A program made the position numbers and the translations under genes. From Podarcis filfolensis (lineage: Eukaryota): a stretch of 64,000 bases of DNA. Of this stretch, positions 23,647-37,480 are shown piece by piece (position 1 is the stretch's first letter; each line of letters opens with the position of its first letter). The DNA is taken from the NCBI GenBank assembly GCA_964270895.1, contig OZ185439.1. One strand, written 5' to 3'. Below the pieces are notes generated by a model, which worked only from the letters and a program-made list of their open reading frames with translations, did not search any database and was not told where the DNA came from.

Positions 23647-24769
23647 ATCCAGACTGAGCCATGACAACTGTAATTCTCTGTGATCCCCCCCTTCCTAATG
23701 TCCATGATTCTAGCAAAGCTAGATTCCAAATTGACTGGGACATAAGAGGGTTTTTTTTTCCTTTTTGGCCCCAAGTGGCTCAGCTTCATTCTTTGAAGCT
23801 TCAAGATAAGACCTTTGTTATCATTTTGCAAAACTTGTAGTTTGGGTTGTTTGTCTCCTTGCTTTTTCTACTGAATAGTTGTTGATTGCCCACCTGTCAG
23901 TCACCTGATGTCACAAGTTGGGGGAAATAGCCTCGTGGGCCAATCTGGAATCCATGCTGGACCAAATGTGGCCCACGGCCTGGGTGTTCCCCACCCCTGT
24001 CATGGACCAATGAATCGATAGGAGCAAGTGACGTTCTCTTCTGCTCATGCATGTCTTCCTTTTCATTGCATAAAGAGGAATAATGACTGTAATGCTGTGT
24101 GAGGGTGCACGACAAACAGCTTTGCAATTTTCCCATGCCTCACCTTGTTTTTTCTATTTAATGAGCAGCACAAGCTGTTTATTGCTTTGCTTTGTCCGCC
24201 ACAATGAACATTAGCCTTTAATTAAACAATGGTGGTTTTTTTCTATAAGACTCATAAAAGAGAGAATAAAAACCAGGTGTGTGTGAAGCTTAGACTACCA
24301 GCAGGCTCATTAATCACAATCACAAGTTTTATGAGTTGTGTTTTGAGCTTTGAATGTGAAGACCTCGTAGTCTACCAGCAGCCCACGTTCACTGCTGCAA
24401 CACTTGGTTCTTGAGTATGAGGTCTGTTTATTGCATTCACCTAAAACCCATCTTAGAATGGGTTGGGAATGCCAGTGCCCTCATCTTGTGAGACACTCCA
24501 GGTTGATGTGATTGGCAATGAGTCTCCTGATTGGCTCTTCCTGGTGAGGATACCCAAAAATAGCAGGGGCAGCAACAGCAGAAGGCACCATGCTCCAATG
24601 AGCACAAGGTCTGAGAGTCATCACCATTTTAATTTCTCAAAATGTAGCATTGCTCCAGGGCATTGTGGGAAATGCTAACTGCTAGAACCAGCCACCGAGC
24701 ACCCATCAGAACTCGGGGGGGGGGGACATTAGAAAACATCCGAAAGTAGCCCATATTTAGGGAAGTTTT

Positions 24770-24895
24770 TAATGTTTGATGTTTTATTGTGTTTTTAATA
24801 TTCTGTTGGGAGCCACCCAGAGGGGCTGGGGAGGCCCGGCCAGATGGGCGGGGTATAAGTAATACATTTATATTATATTGTTGTTGTTGTTGTTT
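24770..24895 (+). mobile_element. 3' terminus of an L2/CR1-clade LINE
   Basis: GCCACCCAGAGGGGCTGGGGAGGCCCGGCCAGATGGGCGGGGTATAA followed by a (TTG)n tail; homologous to 10690-10785. Confidence 0.7.
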
Positions 24896-25482
24896 TAAAG
24901 GAGGGCAGCGCAATAGTTGGCAGTGGTCTGTGAGTGGATGGTGGCATCTTCTCAAGCAAGTCATGTCATGATGCTAGGTTTGGTAAATTCCCACATTATA
25001 GTTTACACTATATTCTGATACAACTATTAATGCCTGCCTTGGAAAAGGGAATGTAATATGAGAACTAGCTTTGCAGTGTGTCTCCTTTCCGTCTCTTCTC
25101 CCATAGATTAAGGGCTTATCTGCACTGTCTCAAAATTCACCTTGTAGGATGCCTGTTCCTGCATGAACTACATGACATTTCCACCGTCCTGTTTTCCTAC
25201 AGTTAAAATCCATTTTTCCCTAAATGGTAGGAACACAAAAAGGTTTTCTAAACTGATTACGTGTCACTGAAGCACATAACGTGTGTTCTCCATATCATGG
25301 GCTTTTGGGCTTTTTTTTGCTTTTTTTTTTTTTTGCTTATGCCATGTTCCCTTTAACTCATCCTCTGTGCTGCTCCCACGGCCATGCCACTCAACCTCAG
25401 CCTTTCTCAATTCATTACTTTCTTGTTGTTGCCATTGTTCATTTCCAGGTGCAACTTTCTCTCCTTTCTGGGTAGATTTACC

Positions 25483-25631
25483 CAGTGCTTTTTTTCTTTA
25501 AAAAATGTTTAGGGGTACTCTTATTTTCCTACTCATATTGAAATACTGCCCCTCAATGAGGCCAAACTTAGATTCACAAAATATTTAGGGTATGCTTACC
25601 CCTGCGTCCCCCCCCCAGAAAAAAAGCGCTG
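25483..25631. mobile_element. hAT MITE (149 bp)
   Basis: TIR CAGTGCTTTTTTT...AAAAAAAGCGCTG; perfect TSD GATTTACC (25475-25482 and 25632-25639). Confidence 0.9.
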
Positions 25632-27334
25632 GATTTACCTGGCAGTAACTCTCTCTGCTGAGTAGGAGTGCCTAGGACTGAGTTCCTGGCACAACAAGCC
25701 CAAAGCCCTGTCCTCTCTCCCTATTCCTTGTAAAAGCTTTGCTGCTCTCTCATTACTTCAGTGTGTGCTGGTAGCTTCCACTTCCTCCAGCAGCCCAAGA
25801 GCCTGCATGAAGAAGCAAGGCAGCTGTGAAGAAAGTAGTTAGAGTGGAACACATTTACCTGGGAGAAAGCCCCTCTTTACTCAGCGGGGCCTACTTCTGA
25901 GTAGGAGTTCCTGAGACTTGGTTATTAGTCAGTAAGGAACAGAGTATGGATTTTCCTTTATTCACTGAGGTGAGGTGTTGTGAAAGAATGACAGATACAC
26001 AAACCCTGAAACACATCATGTGCTCTTCCCCCATCCATGGCCAGGTATCATAATATGGAACTTCTGTTTGTGTACAGCTTTTGCTTTTGCTGTTCTCTCT
26101 GAGACAACACGAGAGAAAGAGAGAGAGACGACATGTTTCTTTGTTCTGATTTATGTTTAATAAATCTGTAGTTAAAGTATGACTTCACAAGCCTCACGCC
26201 TATTCTGTGTGTGCAGTAAACTCTGCTAATAGCATGCCCTGGCTTCTGAAGCCCAGGTCGCTGATTTACTTCGGAGCATGGGCCGATAGATGGAGATGGC
26301 ACAGCTGGGGCTTATCAGCCAGCCTCCCAGCCCTCTGCATGTCAACAGAAACAACCCACCCACTCCAGGATTCTAGCAGCAGCCAGGTGATGCTTAGGGA
26401 TATGAAGTTATATTCTCTAAGTATCCTGGCCAGTAGGGTTTGACAGTCTCCTTAAATAATGAATCGAGTATAAGGGGATAAATGTGTTATATAGTAGTTA
26501 ATTCTAACAGCATTGGACCAAAAGCTATTAGAGTAACACAACCCAACTTTTGTTTAATTCATAACATACACAAGCAGTGCTTTGTTATTTCGAAAGACCA
26601 AACAAAGATATTATTTTATTGCTTATTTTCCCCTTCAATTTGTTGTATCTAGATGATGACTGGCTAATTTATGCACAGTTGCTTTAAAAGCAAGTCCACT
26701 TCCCATTTAATTGTATTCCGTTGCAATCCATCTGTTGACAAGCCTGTGTGTTGTGCTGTTTATTTGCTAATGCAATCCTCTCCTACAGCCTGATCAGTCA
26801 TACACATCAATTCTTTTATTATAAAAGCACTGCAGGATAATTAAAATACAGATGTACGGCCAATGGGACTGGGTATTTATTTGCATTCCTAGCCACAATG
26901 ACCTGATTATTGCTTCTTCATGGGGAGTGAATCAAAATATTTAGGGTTTGATCCAATCTGCCATGGGCTCAATATGTCTGGGTAGAGGGGCATGCAGTGT
27001 TGTACATGCTGGGCCTGCAACTAGCTTTTATGGGAAACAAGAAGCCTGCGTGCCCTTCTCCTTATACCCAAACAGGCTGCCACATCTGCTTGGCCAAGAT
27101 GTTCGTCAGCACTTTGGGTGGATCTTGGTGCTCTTTCCACAAAGCCACAACAACAGAGGCAACAAAGAGAGGCATGCTGAAGTTCCCAGGGCATGCTAAA
27201 TCTGTGAGACAAGTATTTCTTCCAGCTCTCTTCCAGACCTACTGCTTCTCCCACTTTCCCCTCAACACTGTATCCCGTTAGCCTAGGGGGAAAAGTAGAC
27301 ATCCTTCCCTTAGGCTGAACACAGAAAGCTGCCT

Positions 27335-27495
27335 TATACCAAGTCCTTGACCTATCTAGCTTAGTACTGTCTACATGTCAGACAGACAGCAGCTCTGCAG
27401 GGCTTCAGGTGGCATTTGCAATCCTAGGGGGAGATGCTGAGGATGGAACCTGGGACCTGCTGCAGACAAAGCTGGTGCTTAACCGCAGAGCTATG
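27335..27495 (-). mobile_element. Old tRNA-derived SINE (family D)
   Basis: CCTATCTAGCTTAGTACTGTCTAC...GATGGAACCTGGGACC...AGAGCTA; similar to 29005-29150, 53770-53905 and the reverse complement of 42890-43075. Confidence 0.6.
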
Positions 27496-28639
27496 GCGCA
27501 TCCCTGTATGATGCTTTCCATGGAAAAAAACCAGCCTCTGATCACATGTATATGAAGGGGTCTAATGGTTTAGAGGAGGGATCAGAGCTGCTGCTCTCTT
27601 ACTTCTGAATAAGACAACACCCTGTAGCACCATCCCTGGGACTTGGGTAAATGGGCAGTGTGCTGTGCACACACGCCAACATCACTAAAATCAGAGTTGA
27701 AGGATCTACTAGTGACAGGCTTGTCCTTTCACCTGTATTATATTATGGGAACTATTCATTCCCCTGCTTAAAATGTTCACAGTGTGCCACGCACACACAC
27801 CATTCTTCAAAATAAATTAAAGGGTTCAACATAACTAAAAATGCAGGTGTCAGTTTTATACAGGTGGCATTAATTTCAAATGTCAGATTTCTCCCCTTTA
27901 TCCCTGTAGCATAAATGTCAACAGCATTTCTTTCCTCTGAATCTGTTCCACCCAGAGGAACTGAAATTGGCTCATCATATCCCCATCAAACTTTGTATAG
28001 TAAAAACTCCACTGGCTAATGCTATGGTTAGGTTTTTCCAAGTGCAACTGCATCAATGCAGCCTATCTGCTCCTGGTCAAGACCTATGAATAAATCACAG
28101 AATCAAGGAGGGAAGGGGATTGAGTATAAAAGATCAACACCTACAGTACACTTGAAATAAACTTGCCTTGAAGTTGCCGCAAGGCTGGCTGGGACTCGCA
28201 AATGCACACCTGCCACCAATAATGGTCCTCTTAATCTTACCCACAGGGGGCAACATCCAATGAAATCTGTTTGCTTACACAATGGAAATCTGCTTCCTCA
28301 ATGGGACTTCTGCTTTCTCTTACCCTCTACCCCTTCAGCCCCAGTGGCTCACCAAAATTTACTCCAGGGGTTCCTCCTAATTCTCTGGAACAGATTCAGA
28401 GGAAGGAAAATAGAAGCCCCATGACATGAGCAACCACCCATTTGTGCTACATTCAGTGTCATCCAGGAAAATTCAGGTGGTGACTTACCATGTTATTGTC
28501 ATTGCAAACAGGGCTCCAGGGTTACCAAATGTTGTGGACTTCAGTTCCCATCATCCTTGACTGCTGGCCATGTGGATGGGACCTGGAGTTCAACATAGCT
28601 TCTCCGACTTAAAAGCATTTCATATGGCAGCTGTAACAA

Positions 28640-28930
28640 GGGTTGGGGGGTGGATTCAACCCAGTTTGCATTTAAAGGCAAACTTGCCAAATCAGCATTT
28701 TCTGAAACAATACATGCACTGAAACACAGCCAGCCTTTGAAACTTGCACTTATCCAAGTTTTTTCAAATTGCTTTGAAAAAAATGTATACAGTAGGCAAA
28801 ATTGCATATATATTGTGGGGGAAATCACACAAAAATGCTGATGAATTTTCTTGAGGGCTTAAAAATCACAGACCGATGTATAAATGTGGAGAACTGAATT
28901 TAAGATTGGGAAAATGAGAAATATCCAATT
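28640..28930 (+). mobile_element. Old interspersed repeat (family C) fragment
   Basis: Motifs shared with 50479-50899 (GGATTCAA start, TTTTCTTGAGG, AAAATGAGAAA). Confidence 0.55.
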
Positions 28931-29004
28931 GCTTCAAGCTTCGGTCCAATTGCTCAGTATTAATACCTGCAATAAAGTTGCTTTCTACTATTGGTCCATC
29001 TAAC

Positions 29005-29150
29005 ACAGTATAGTCTGTGATGACTGGCAGCAGCTGTCCCAGGTTTCCGACAGAGATTCTACCCATTCGTACTTGGAGATGCTGGAGATGGAACCTGAGA
29101 CCTTTGGCATGCAAAGCAGATGCTCCACCCCTGAGCAATGGCCCTTTCCC
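29005..29150 (-). mobile_element. Old tRNA-derived SINE (family D)
   Basis: GGTCCATCTA..CAGTAT...GGAGATGGAACCTGAGACCTT..GCATGCAAAGCAGATGCTC.ACC.CTGAGC. Confidence 0.65.
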
Positions 29151-32100
29151 CAACATCTGCTAGTGCTCCCTTGGCTTGTGAGACAAAGGGCAGCTCATAA
29201 ATAACATTATAAATTTGGGCTCAAGTTTTCTGGTTCTTAAAGGCAGTAAACCCAGTTGAATAGGTGCTAATAGTTATAACGCAACCTTAGAGAAGTACAG
29301 AAAGGGATTTGTCAAAGGGATATATAATCTGGTAACAAAATTACTCTAAACTATCCTATGTGATTAAGATTTATTACAGAGACTTATTGCAATGATCACG
29401 TGCCGATTCCCCCCGCTCCCCCAATGTGGATTTTATGAGGATAACACAGTTATATTTTGCGGCTTGATAACCATGGGCTTTTCTGTCTTTGAAATGGTAT
29501 TCCTTTTGTTAATTGCACTTCCCCTCATAAAGTGAGCAGCAGAAACAATAATGATAGCACAAGGTTAAACTTGTTATGAGGAAATTATATTTGGTAATGA
29601 CTAGAACGTTGGGGTTTTTTTTAAAAAAAGAAAAGAACCCATTTTCCATTTCAGAACTGAGAGTGTGGGACTAGAGAACAACAGCCAGAATACATTGCAT
29701 TTAAGATCCATGGCACATCTCGTCCTTTATGAAGTGCAGCCTGGTGAGGACTGGAGAAGCATGGTCTGGCTATTTCTCCAAGGCACCTGCATTGGGTCTG
29801 GATGTTTCCCCATCCCAGGGAAAATGTCTTGGGCTGGCCCTGCCCCATCCACCACTAACAGCTTAGGGGGTGATCTGGATCAGGGCCATGGCCAGGCAGA
29901 TATTATTAGACTCCCCTCGCCCAGTGCTTCAGCCCGATTCCCAAATCAGAGCATCATGTGTCAGGGGATTCAATCAAGGGTCATATGTACTACCCTACAT
30001 GACCCGCAACACCCCACCAGAATAATTTCTTGAATTCATAACTGCACAGGCTTCTACCCAAAGTAGTGCTAAGTCACAGTCCCATGAATGCAAGGATTTC
30101 CGCTTGTACAGTGGGGTTTCCCTCTCTTTCCTCCCACTGTGAACCCCCTAAAGCTGTTCTAGAAGTTTACCCAACTATACAGAGCAGAATTGGAGGGGGG
30201 CTATGCATGTAGAGGGGAGAAAGCCCCATTGCACAGTTGGAGAGTGTTGAACTGGTTGAGCATGTTCCTTGGATACCACTCACAGAAACTATTTGTTTTC
30301 TAAACCCAAGCTCACACACCCTTTGCACTCTCTAATCCAATCATGGATCTCCTATTTAATATCTAGTTTGGGCCTAGCCCACCTTTGCAGTTTGAGCGAG
30401 AAACAGGCTTTACCCAATATTCATGTTGCTGTGATTCCTTTCCTACCACTTATGTCTGGCTTCCCTCGTCTGTTCCTCATTTTGGCCCTTTCATGACCCA
30501 TGGCGGTCTGCTGCAAAGGCAGCAAAGGGCAACAGGTGCTTGTGCTGATTTGGGCCTCGATCCAGCATGCAGATAAGTGCACCAATATTCCATTGATTTC
30601 AGGCTGCAGGAGTCAATAGTGGCTGAGCTAGAAATAGCAAGCACTAATTTAATAGACAGAGCCAAGAGAAACCGACTGTGACCCAGGGCACTTCTAAGAA
30701 TACAATAGTGCAGTTCCCATTCCATCACTGAAGACAAGGGGGGAAAGGTCCCATTTGAATGCTGATTGATAACAGCTTCTCACTGTATGGTTTTGTGCAC
30801 AGCAAGGGACAAAAAGCAAACAAACTAAACACCTAACATGGAGAAGAATTTACCAGTGATTTCAGGTAATTATCATTATCGTTATTACTATTGATCTTTC
30901 ATCACTTTCTAAACCACCATCTCCAGGTGATTTATACATAACCACTTAAAAACAGCTAAAACATAAAAACTACAAATACATTTAAAATAAGTCAAGAGGT
31001 CACTCTTGGTAAAGACCCATATATTCAACAGGGAAAGCCACCCCCACTTAATATGAACACTCCTAGATTATTGGTGGAGTTGTGGTTAGTGAGAAAATGA
31101 AACATAACCGCTCCCTGGAACTGTAGCTTTTTGACCAACATGCTGTTATGTTGCACTACATTTAATTCATACCAGTGAATGTGTTAAGACACAACAACTT
31201 ATGTTAATGGACACTTTCAGTACTCCTCCACCAATTCCACACATGTGTGCTTCTGTTTTCCCATCATTCGCCCATGAAAGTGGCAGGAAAGAAATGTACT
31301 GTATGCTGGTATACCACGCCAATTTTCATGACTTTACTCTGGAAACCTTCTGGGTTAATTAGGCAGTACTTTGGGTTTTTTTTCTGGAAGCAATTAACAC
31401 AGAAGTGAGTGCACAACTTCTGCTAGATTTCCAGCTTTTGTGTCATGTGAAAACTCAAATGTAATTGGGAATTTAAGAGTTAGGGAAATGTCAGGGAAAT
31501 GGCATAGACTGCAGTGTGAATGCAGCCAATATCTGCTCCCAAGCTCAGATAACAACCATAAATTGTCAATGAAAACCAGACTCACAAAGTGAGGGGGCTT
31601 AAATATGAATCTCAGCACTAGAATTCATAAACTCTTTTAACAGGCCCACGTTTGAAAAGCAGGCGCAACAGCAGAAAAGATACTAAACTAATGCCGTTGC
31701 TTAAATGAATATTCTGCGCTCCTGGTACATGCACACACACCCTTTGGCAGCTGAAAGAAAACCTGTGAATGATATGGAGCTGAAAGAGTGGCAGGAGAAA
31801 GGAGACATAAATTTATGATAGACAGGTGGAGATTTCCTTTCATTAGTTATGACATTTGCATTCTACAAAATAGGCAGTTCTGTAAATTTGTTGTCATTTT
31901 CAGACTATAATGCTGTTGATAAAATAGCCTGCCTGGTAATGAATGGCAGCTGAATTGAGGGCACACCACTGCAAAGGAGGCGCAGAACAACGGCAGCCAC
32001 TTATTAAGGCCGTGTTTGGATGACAGCTGTTCTAGGTGCTTATGGTTAACAAGCAACTACCTGCGGGGGGGGGCAGGGGGGCAGGAAGAAGCACCCACTA

Positions 32101-32459
32101 AATGAACCTTCAAACTCCAAGGAAAAGTTCACACGCTTAGCATGAGAAATGCACCCTGGTTTATAAAATACCAAAGAATGGAAAAGAAAGACCTAAAATC
32201 GGGACACATTGGGGGGAAATGAAAATACAAGCACCAGGTATTTATTGATATTGAAGAGGTCAAAGGGGGGAGAGCTACAGAGGAACATGGAGTGGGCCCC
32301 CCATAAGATAACCAATCTCAGGGTGTCACATGCCCTCCAACATTTCTCTGATGAAGATAAGGGCATCCTATTCCACAATAATAATGTTATGATTTTTACC
32401 CTGCCCAACTGACTAGGTTGCTCCAGCCACTCTGGGCTGCTTCCTACATATATAAAAAC

Positions 32460-32605
32460 AGTGGGGGGTTTTCTGGGGGGATGCAGGGTTTTCTGGGGGG
32501 ACGCATACCCCTAAAAATTTTGTGAATCTTTGTACTTTTGTCCATTTACTGCATTTATTTTTCCCGATTTGAACTATAAAATGGTGATTTTCTTGAGTCA
32601 AAATT
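32460..32605 (-). mobile_element. hAT MITE fragment related to 25483-25631
   Basis: TTTTCTGGGGGGACGCATACCCCTAAAAATTTTGTGAATCT matches the reverse complement of the right end of 25483-25631. Confidence 0.6.
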
Positions 32606-32617
32606 AAAGTAAAGGTG

Positions 32618-32775
32618 CAGTGGTACCTCGGGTTACATACGCTTCAGGTTACAGACTCCACTAACCCAGAAATAGTACCTCGGGTTAAGAACTTTGCTTC
32701 AGGATGAGAACAGAAATTGTGCTCCGGCGGCGCAGCGGCAGCGGGAGGCCCCATTAGCTAAATTGGTGCTAACCT
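32618..32775 (-). mobile_element. Tigger/pogo-like MITE, family A, truncated
   Basis: One TIR, CAGTGGTACCTCGGGTTAC, plus the family A interior; the other end is missing. Confidence 0.85.
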
Positions 32776-34070
32776 GGAGAGCATTGCACTGGATCCTCAA
32801 CATTATTCACCTTCCAAATATATACAACATCCTTGTAGCTACCAGCATGATGTAAGCCTAATAAATTCTCTGTTAACCATTTCCTGTTGCCCAGTTTAGT
32901 TCTGTTGTTTAACGAAAAACTTACCTGGTTCTTTTTTTTAAAAGAGAGAAAGAGACCTTGCAGTTTAAGATTAGAAAAGCTTCTTAAATCCTGTTACAAT
33001 TTTAGAAAGTGAATTTTGATTTCTACACGCAAACACACCAAACAAACGCTTTTGGTACTTAACAGCACACACAAAAAAATTAATTTATGGGTCTTGGGTG
33101 TTCCTGCTATTTGTAATGCAAATGCTCTATTTAAAAAAAGCAGCTAAAAACGGGTGCTATTAACTATTCATTTCAAGTATCCAAACTTTATTCTAAATGG
33201 CTACGCCTGCTAGCTATTGGAAAGAACTTATAAATATGCAATTTAAGCAAAAAAGAAAGAAAGAAATCCCTTATAAAAATGCACAAGGGGGGAAAAAACC
33301 ACACAATAAAAATAGACATTAGGATTCCACTCCTAGCTATTTTCAGCCACCCGATGATTGCTGTTCAATTCCTCCCCCATTCTGAGGCAGTGGCACTTAG
33401 TTCAGTTTGTTTATGAGGATTTTCCTCCTCATAACAAAATCATTCAAACAGAAATGAAGTAGTCCTAGTAATCAAAGGCCTGTTTATTGTTCCTTGAAAT
33501 CAAGGAGCACTCCATTCTTATTCACGCTAGGCTCTGCCAGACAGTTTGGCGAGAGTGGGGGCGAGGGAAAGGTTGAAAATAGCTTCCACATGTGAGACTC
33601 GGGCAGCTCAGATTTAAAAAAAAAACAAAACAAAACAAAATTCTCCTCACTCAAATTGGCAAAACTTGCAAAACTCCAAAATTACGTTCTCGTTTTATTT
33701 TGCCCCCAGATTTATTGTTTATGAATACAGTTGAATTTAGGGATTTTAATGGTGGTGGTGTAGCGGGGACAACATTGGACTATATTCAACTAAGTCACAC
33801 TTAGAATCCATAGATCCATTGCAATCAAAGCACTTGAATTCATCACATCTGCTAATATGGATGGGTCTACTCTGAGTAAGGCATAGCAAACTGATATTTC
33901 TTTAAAAGCACTAGTGGGACTTAAGTTTCTGGGCACAATCCCATTCCAACAGAGTGATCTTGTCTGATGCCATGTGTCTTGGAATATGAGCTGAGCTCCC
34001 ATGCAGGGATTTACAAACTCCTAGAGATCTGCTGTGGCTGAAATCCTGTCCTCTAACATGTCTCAGGATT

Positions 34071-34422
34071 GGACGTGGGTGGCGCTGTGGTCTAAACCAC
34101 TGAGCCTAGGACTTGCCGATTGGAAGGTCAGCGGTTTGAATCCCTGCGAAGGGGTGAGCTCCCGTTGCTCGGTCCCAGCTCCTGCCAACCTAGCAGTTCA
34201 AAAGCACCTCGAAGTGCAAGTAGATAAATAGGTCGGGAAGGTAAACGGCATTTCCATGCGCTGCTCTGGTTCGCCAGAAGCGGTTTAGTCATGCTGGCTA
34301 CATGACCTGGAAAAACTGTCTGCGGACAAACATTGGCTCCTTCGGCCAGTAAAGCGAGATGAGCGCCGCAACCCCAGAGTCGTTCACAACTGGACTTAAC
34401 TGTCAGGGGTCCTTTACCTTTT
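34071..34422 (+). mobile_element. Sauria SINE
   Basis: Runs from the head GGACGTGGGTGGCGCTGTGG to the tail GGGGTCCTTTACCTTTT; small internal deletion; TSD not evident. Confidence 0.92.
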
Positions 34423-35314
34423 AGGTCATTATCTTGGGTTTTCAATATCCAAGATATTTCTTTTCATTTTTCACCTAACAGAGGCAAGTTACATGTGGAG
34501 GCTTTCTAACGTTATCTGAAATTTGCCTTACTGGTATGAGACTTGATGAAATATATATTATACCTATGCTTTGCCTCAGCCTTAAGGCTGAGAGGTGAAC
34601 AATGTTAATGTAATTTACTATAAGAATGTTAATTCCCTCCTTGCTGGCCCAGAGAGGAATGAAGATTTCAGTGTCCCAATTCAGAAGGGATGGATGATGG
34701 CAGGAGACACACACTGTAGGGTCTCTTATCAGGCATTGGCATCACTGTGGTCTTAGCTTATTACCATGTCTCTGGGGTCTTGCTCTTCCTTAAAATTCAG
34801 CTGAAAAGAAAGGAGCAGTTTTGCACTAAATTTCTCATAAAACTCCACAGGGATGACAACTATCCCAGGGATTTGCCATTCATCCAATTCTTAATTACTT
34901 CAACAACCTTGTCTTCAGTCACTACTCCTTCAAGAAAGTCCTTTTGCCCTTGGCACAGAGATTTAGTTAAATTCTTCTGAAGATGTCTTATTATTTCCTC
35001 CCTACAGGGCTTACTGAACTAAACAGGGCATTGCAACACGCCTTGAAAAACGCCACAGTATCTGTAGTTTTGATTAGCTGCGTAATGCCCTTTCTAGCCT
35101 TTAGAAGGGGCATTTGCACCTTTCTTCATTTTGGGGGACTGCTTTCTGGCCCCAAGCCTGTGTGATTTTGCCCCCATTTTGTTGAAGGCTCGTTGCAAAC
35201 CTAGGAGTGCCTTAAGGCATTTGGTTATGTCATCCTCACCTCTAATTTCTTTCTCCTTTACACCATGGAACCCTTTCTGTAGTGTCACAATTTGAATTGT
35301 TTCATTCTTTCTAG

Positions 35315-35601
35315 CAGAGGCGCCAACTTGTGAGGGAGATTGGGAGGGGGCGATGTCATGTGTGTGACAATGTCCCTTCAGGTTGAAGGAGCCAGGAATG
35401 TGGTGGCGGCATGGCTTCAATGGCTGGCAGCTCCACCTCCTAATGCTGTTGCCGCCACATCTTCCACCCTCCTTCTCCTCCACGGCAGGAGGAGGAGCCG
35501 GCCACTGAAGTCCTGCTGCCACTGCGTTCCTGGATCTCCTGACCTCACCCATTTATTTTTTTTAACATTGGGGAAGGCCCAAAAGGGAGTTGGCACCCCT
35601 G
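35315..35601. mobile_element. hAT MITE (287 bp)
   Basis: TIR CAGAGGCGCCAACT...AGTTGGCACCCCTG; perfect TSD CTTTCTAG (35307-35314 and 35602-35609). Confidence 0.88.
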
Positions 35602-36239
35602 CTTTCTAGAATCTCAAACCTCTTCTATTATTTTTGTAACTTGCAAAAGAGGAGGGTAGATAGATGCAATGCTAATGGTATAAATGTGAAACAAATGGGT
35701 CTGTACAGATGCATATTTCTGTTATTAAAAGTTATTTTATTCAATTATTGAAAAGCAAGCAAACAGTAATGTACCATAGCAACAGAGGCAGAGATGGAAT
35801 GGGGCAGGGGTGTTGTGTGTGTCTGAGTCCAGCCTATCTAGTTGTATATCTTGGGGTCTCAGTATTTTAACCTTTTAATTGTGTTCAGTTCCTTGGGTTG
35901 CATTCAACTAACTTATTCAGTGCAGACCCATTGGAGTTATGGACCCGAGTTCATCACGGTCATTAATTTCAGTGGGTTTGCTGTGAGTAAAAGTTAGTTA
36001 AATACAACCCTCAGTACCTAATTGTTTGTTAGTGTTAGAGTAACAGAAAATAGAAATATTTTTCAATTTTTAATTTTAATTTAAATAGTTATTTATTTTG
36101 GCTGTGTGTTTGGTTCACCTCTTAACCTGGATGCTGAATGATGGCCCTGCAAGGAACCACCACATGAGATAATGTGTTGGTTGCCTCATATCATCAGGTG
36201 TTGGGGGCTACCTTAATGAATTAGAGCTCCCACCCCTGA

Positions 36240-36435
36240 ACAGAATGGGTGGGGGACAAGGAGACCCAGATTCAAATCCCTCACTCAGCTACATAGTAAC
36301 TGGCTTAAGGTCCTGCAGTGAGCTCTCTCTCAGCCTAACCTTGCTTCCAGGATTGTCGCGAGGATAAAACCTGCAGAGAACTTTTGTGCCAGTCTGAGCA
36401 CGTCAGAGGCTACATGGGATAAAAATGCAATACAT
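36240..36435 (+). mobile_element. Old MIR/CORE-like SINE
   Basis: B-box-like GAGACCCAGATTCAAATCCC, CTCTCTCAGCCTAACC, GAGGATAAAA and a tail GGGATAAAAATGCAATA. Confidence 0.55.
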
Positions 36436-37480
36436 AAAATGCAAGCATAACATGTTGAAAGTGACTCCAAGTAACGGGACCCCACCTAAAGCCCCCCCCC
36501 CTTTCCCCATATCTTCTTTTGATTGCTCTGCAATATACAAGAGCCTAGCAATTGTAATAATAGTTGGAGAAAGGTTAAGGACATATCTAGATCATCCCCA
36601 GTTTTTCCCCCGTTTAGCTGTAAACAAGGAGTATGGAAAGGATCCCTGGGAGAGGCAGATAGCTCTCTCATTTTCTGTTATTCCTGCATCAATGCTCAAA
36701 AGCTGGTCAAGCAGAGTGCATGACTTCTTACTGATCCTATGATTGCCTTTATCTACTGCCTAACATTTTAGGAGGGGGGGGGAGAGCAGGCTAAGGCCCC
36801 AGACTACAGAGGCTGGATGTGCTGAATGCTTGCATCTGTTGTCGGAATCAAGGTTAAAGACCATGCAGGACAAAAATAGGGGATTTGGGATAAACGGTAT
36901 TTTTTTGTAACCGGTGATAAGGACATTAATTCACATGCTCACAGTCCTTATTACATCCTTTCTCAAAAGGCAAAGCCCTGTGGCCAGCATGTGCTCTCTT
37001 CTGGCAACTGCACAGCAACCCAGCAATTCAAGTGAATAATAATCAGGATATTGTGGCTTTCGCATTATTGTGTTCCTGGCTCGAAAAAGCCTCTCGCCTG
37101 AAAGATGTCTCTTATCAGCTTGGATAATTAGCATGCATTCTGCCCACTGCCGCTGTTTGTTCTTTTTCCTCTTTAGCCATGAGATTTTAAAAAATTAAGT
37201 TTCTGCGGGTCAAACCTGCATGAAATAAAGATGCTGTGTACCCAAACTCAAGTTTCCAACCATTATGAAAGGCAGCTCAAAAACTGTGGCTAGGCTAGTT
37301 CTTTTGTGCCAAGGTGATGGGTGCACCTCAGTTATATAGGGGGCGGCAAATGTGGACAAATATTTTAAAAAAATGTTGCCAGCATGGAAAACTCTAGCAG
37401 GGGCTATTTCCAGATGTGATGAAGTCAGAGCAACAATGATGCAGTACCATCTTATGCAGCAGGCAACTGAGGAGCAAATA